Assembly: GCF_030028105.1 (NCBI RefSeq)
Contig: NC_092399.1
Location: forward strand, 15,830,881-15,894,880
Origin: Mobula birostris
Lineage: Eukaryota
Direction of reading: 5' to 3'
DNA length: 64,000 nucleotides
The translations under genes were made by a program, and so were the position numbers. The notes below the pieces were generated by a model that worked only from the letters and a program-made list of their open reading frames with translations, was not told where the DNA came from and made no database searches. Positions 63,240 through 64,000 of the stretch are shown here, one piece after another. Within the stretch, counting starts at the first letter, position 1. Every line of letters begins with the position of its first letter.

Positions 63240-64000
63240 GCAACACACACAAAATGTTGGAGAAACCCAGCAGGCCAAGTAGCATCTATGGAAAAGAGTA
63301 TAGAGTCGACATTTCGGGCTGATTCTCTTCATCGGGACTGGATAAAAAGGAGAGATCAGAGTAAGAAGGTGGGGGGAGGGGAGGAAGAAGTACAAGGTGG
63401 TAGGTGAAACCGGGGGAGGGGGTGAAGTAAAGAGTTGGGAAGTTGATTGGTGAAAGAGATAGAGGGCTGGAAAAGGGGAAATCTGTTGAGAGAGAGTAGA
63501 AGACCATGGAAGAAAGGGAAGGGGGAGGAGCACCAGAGGGAGGTGATGGGTAGGTAAGGAGATAAGGTGAGAGAGGGGAATGGTGATGGTGGGGTGGGAA
63601 GGGCAATTACCGGAAGCTTGAGAAATTGATGCTCATCCCATCAGGTTGAAGGCTACCCGGACAAAATATTAGACTCTGCCCCTCCAACCTGAAGGTGGAC
63701 CCATTGCAGCAGTAGAGGAGGTGACAGACCAACATGTTGGAACAGGAGTGGTAAGCAGAATTGAAGTGGGTGGCCATCGGGAGATCCTGCTTGTTGTGGC
63801 AGACGGAGCGTAGATGCTCGGCGAAGCAGTCCCCCGGTCCACGTTGGGTCCCACTGACGCGCAGAAGGCCACACTGGGAGCAACAGATACAGTAGATGCT
63901 CCAACAGACCCACAGGTGAAGTGTCGCCTGACCTGGAAGGACTGTTAAGGGCCCTGAATAGGAGTGAGGGAGGAGGTGTGGGGGCAGTGTGGCACTTGTT
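63240..64000 (-). mobile_element. Penelope-like element (pLTR plus GIY-YIG), runs off the window end
   Basis: Reverse complement aligns by eye to about 53120-53897; degenerate hammerhead at 63304-63340. Confidence 0.85.

Overview
Eukaryotic, repeat-rich vertebrate DNA; the CR1, Penelope and SINE families point to a cartilaginous fish (inference). Three spliced genes lie on the + strand: ZBTB8B (coding exons 4539-5472, 17457-17635, 29129-29437; about 473 aa), its tandem paralog ZBTB8A (41979-42882, 44075-44253, 45351-45680; about 470 aa), and the first three exons of lysosomal alpha-L-fucosidase FUCA1 (57468-57823, 59977-60111, 62909-63046; continues past the window). The rest is largely transposable elements: a full-length decayed IR/DR Tc1, a decayed chromovirus-type Gypsy LTR element with nested insertions, two Penelope-like (GIY-YIG) families, CR1/Rex/RTE fragments and tRNA-derived SINEs. 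Most short ORFs in the supplied track are spurious or TE remnants. The most interesting signals are: (1) about a dozen minimal hammerhead-ribozyme motifs with a loop-less stem III, some inside tiny TSD-flanked fold-back insertions; (2) a 3x tandem repeat in FUCA1 intron 1 that forms an array of CLEAR/M-box-like E-boxes; (3) an apparent self-priming PBS in the Gypsy element; (4) upstream AUGs and a C-terminal Cys4 motif shared by both ZBTB8 paralogs; (5) a perfect 21-bp intergenic hairpin. All identifications come from motif and family recognition by eye; no database search was run.
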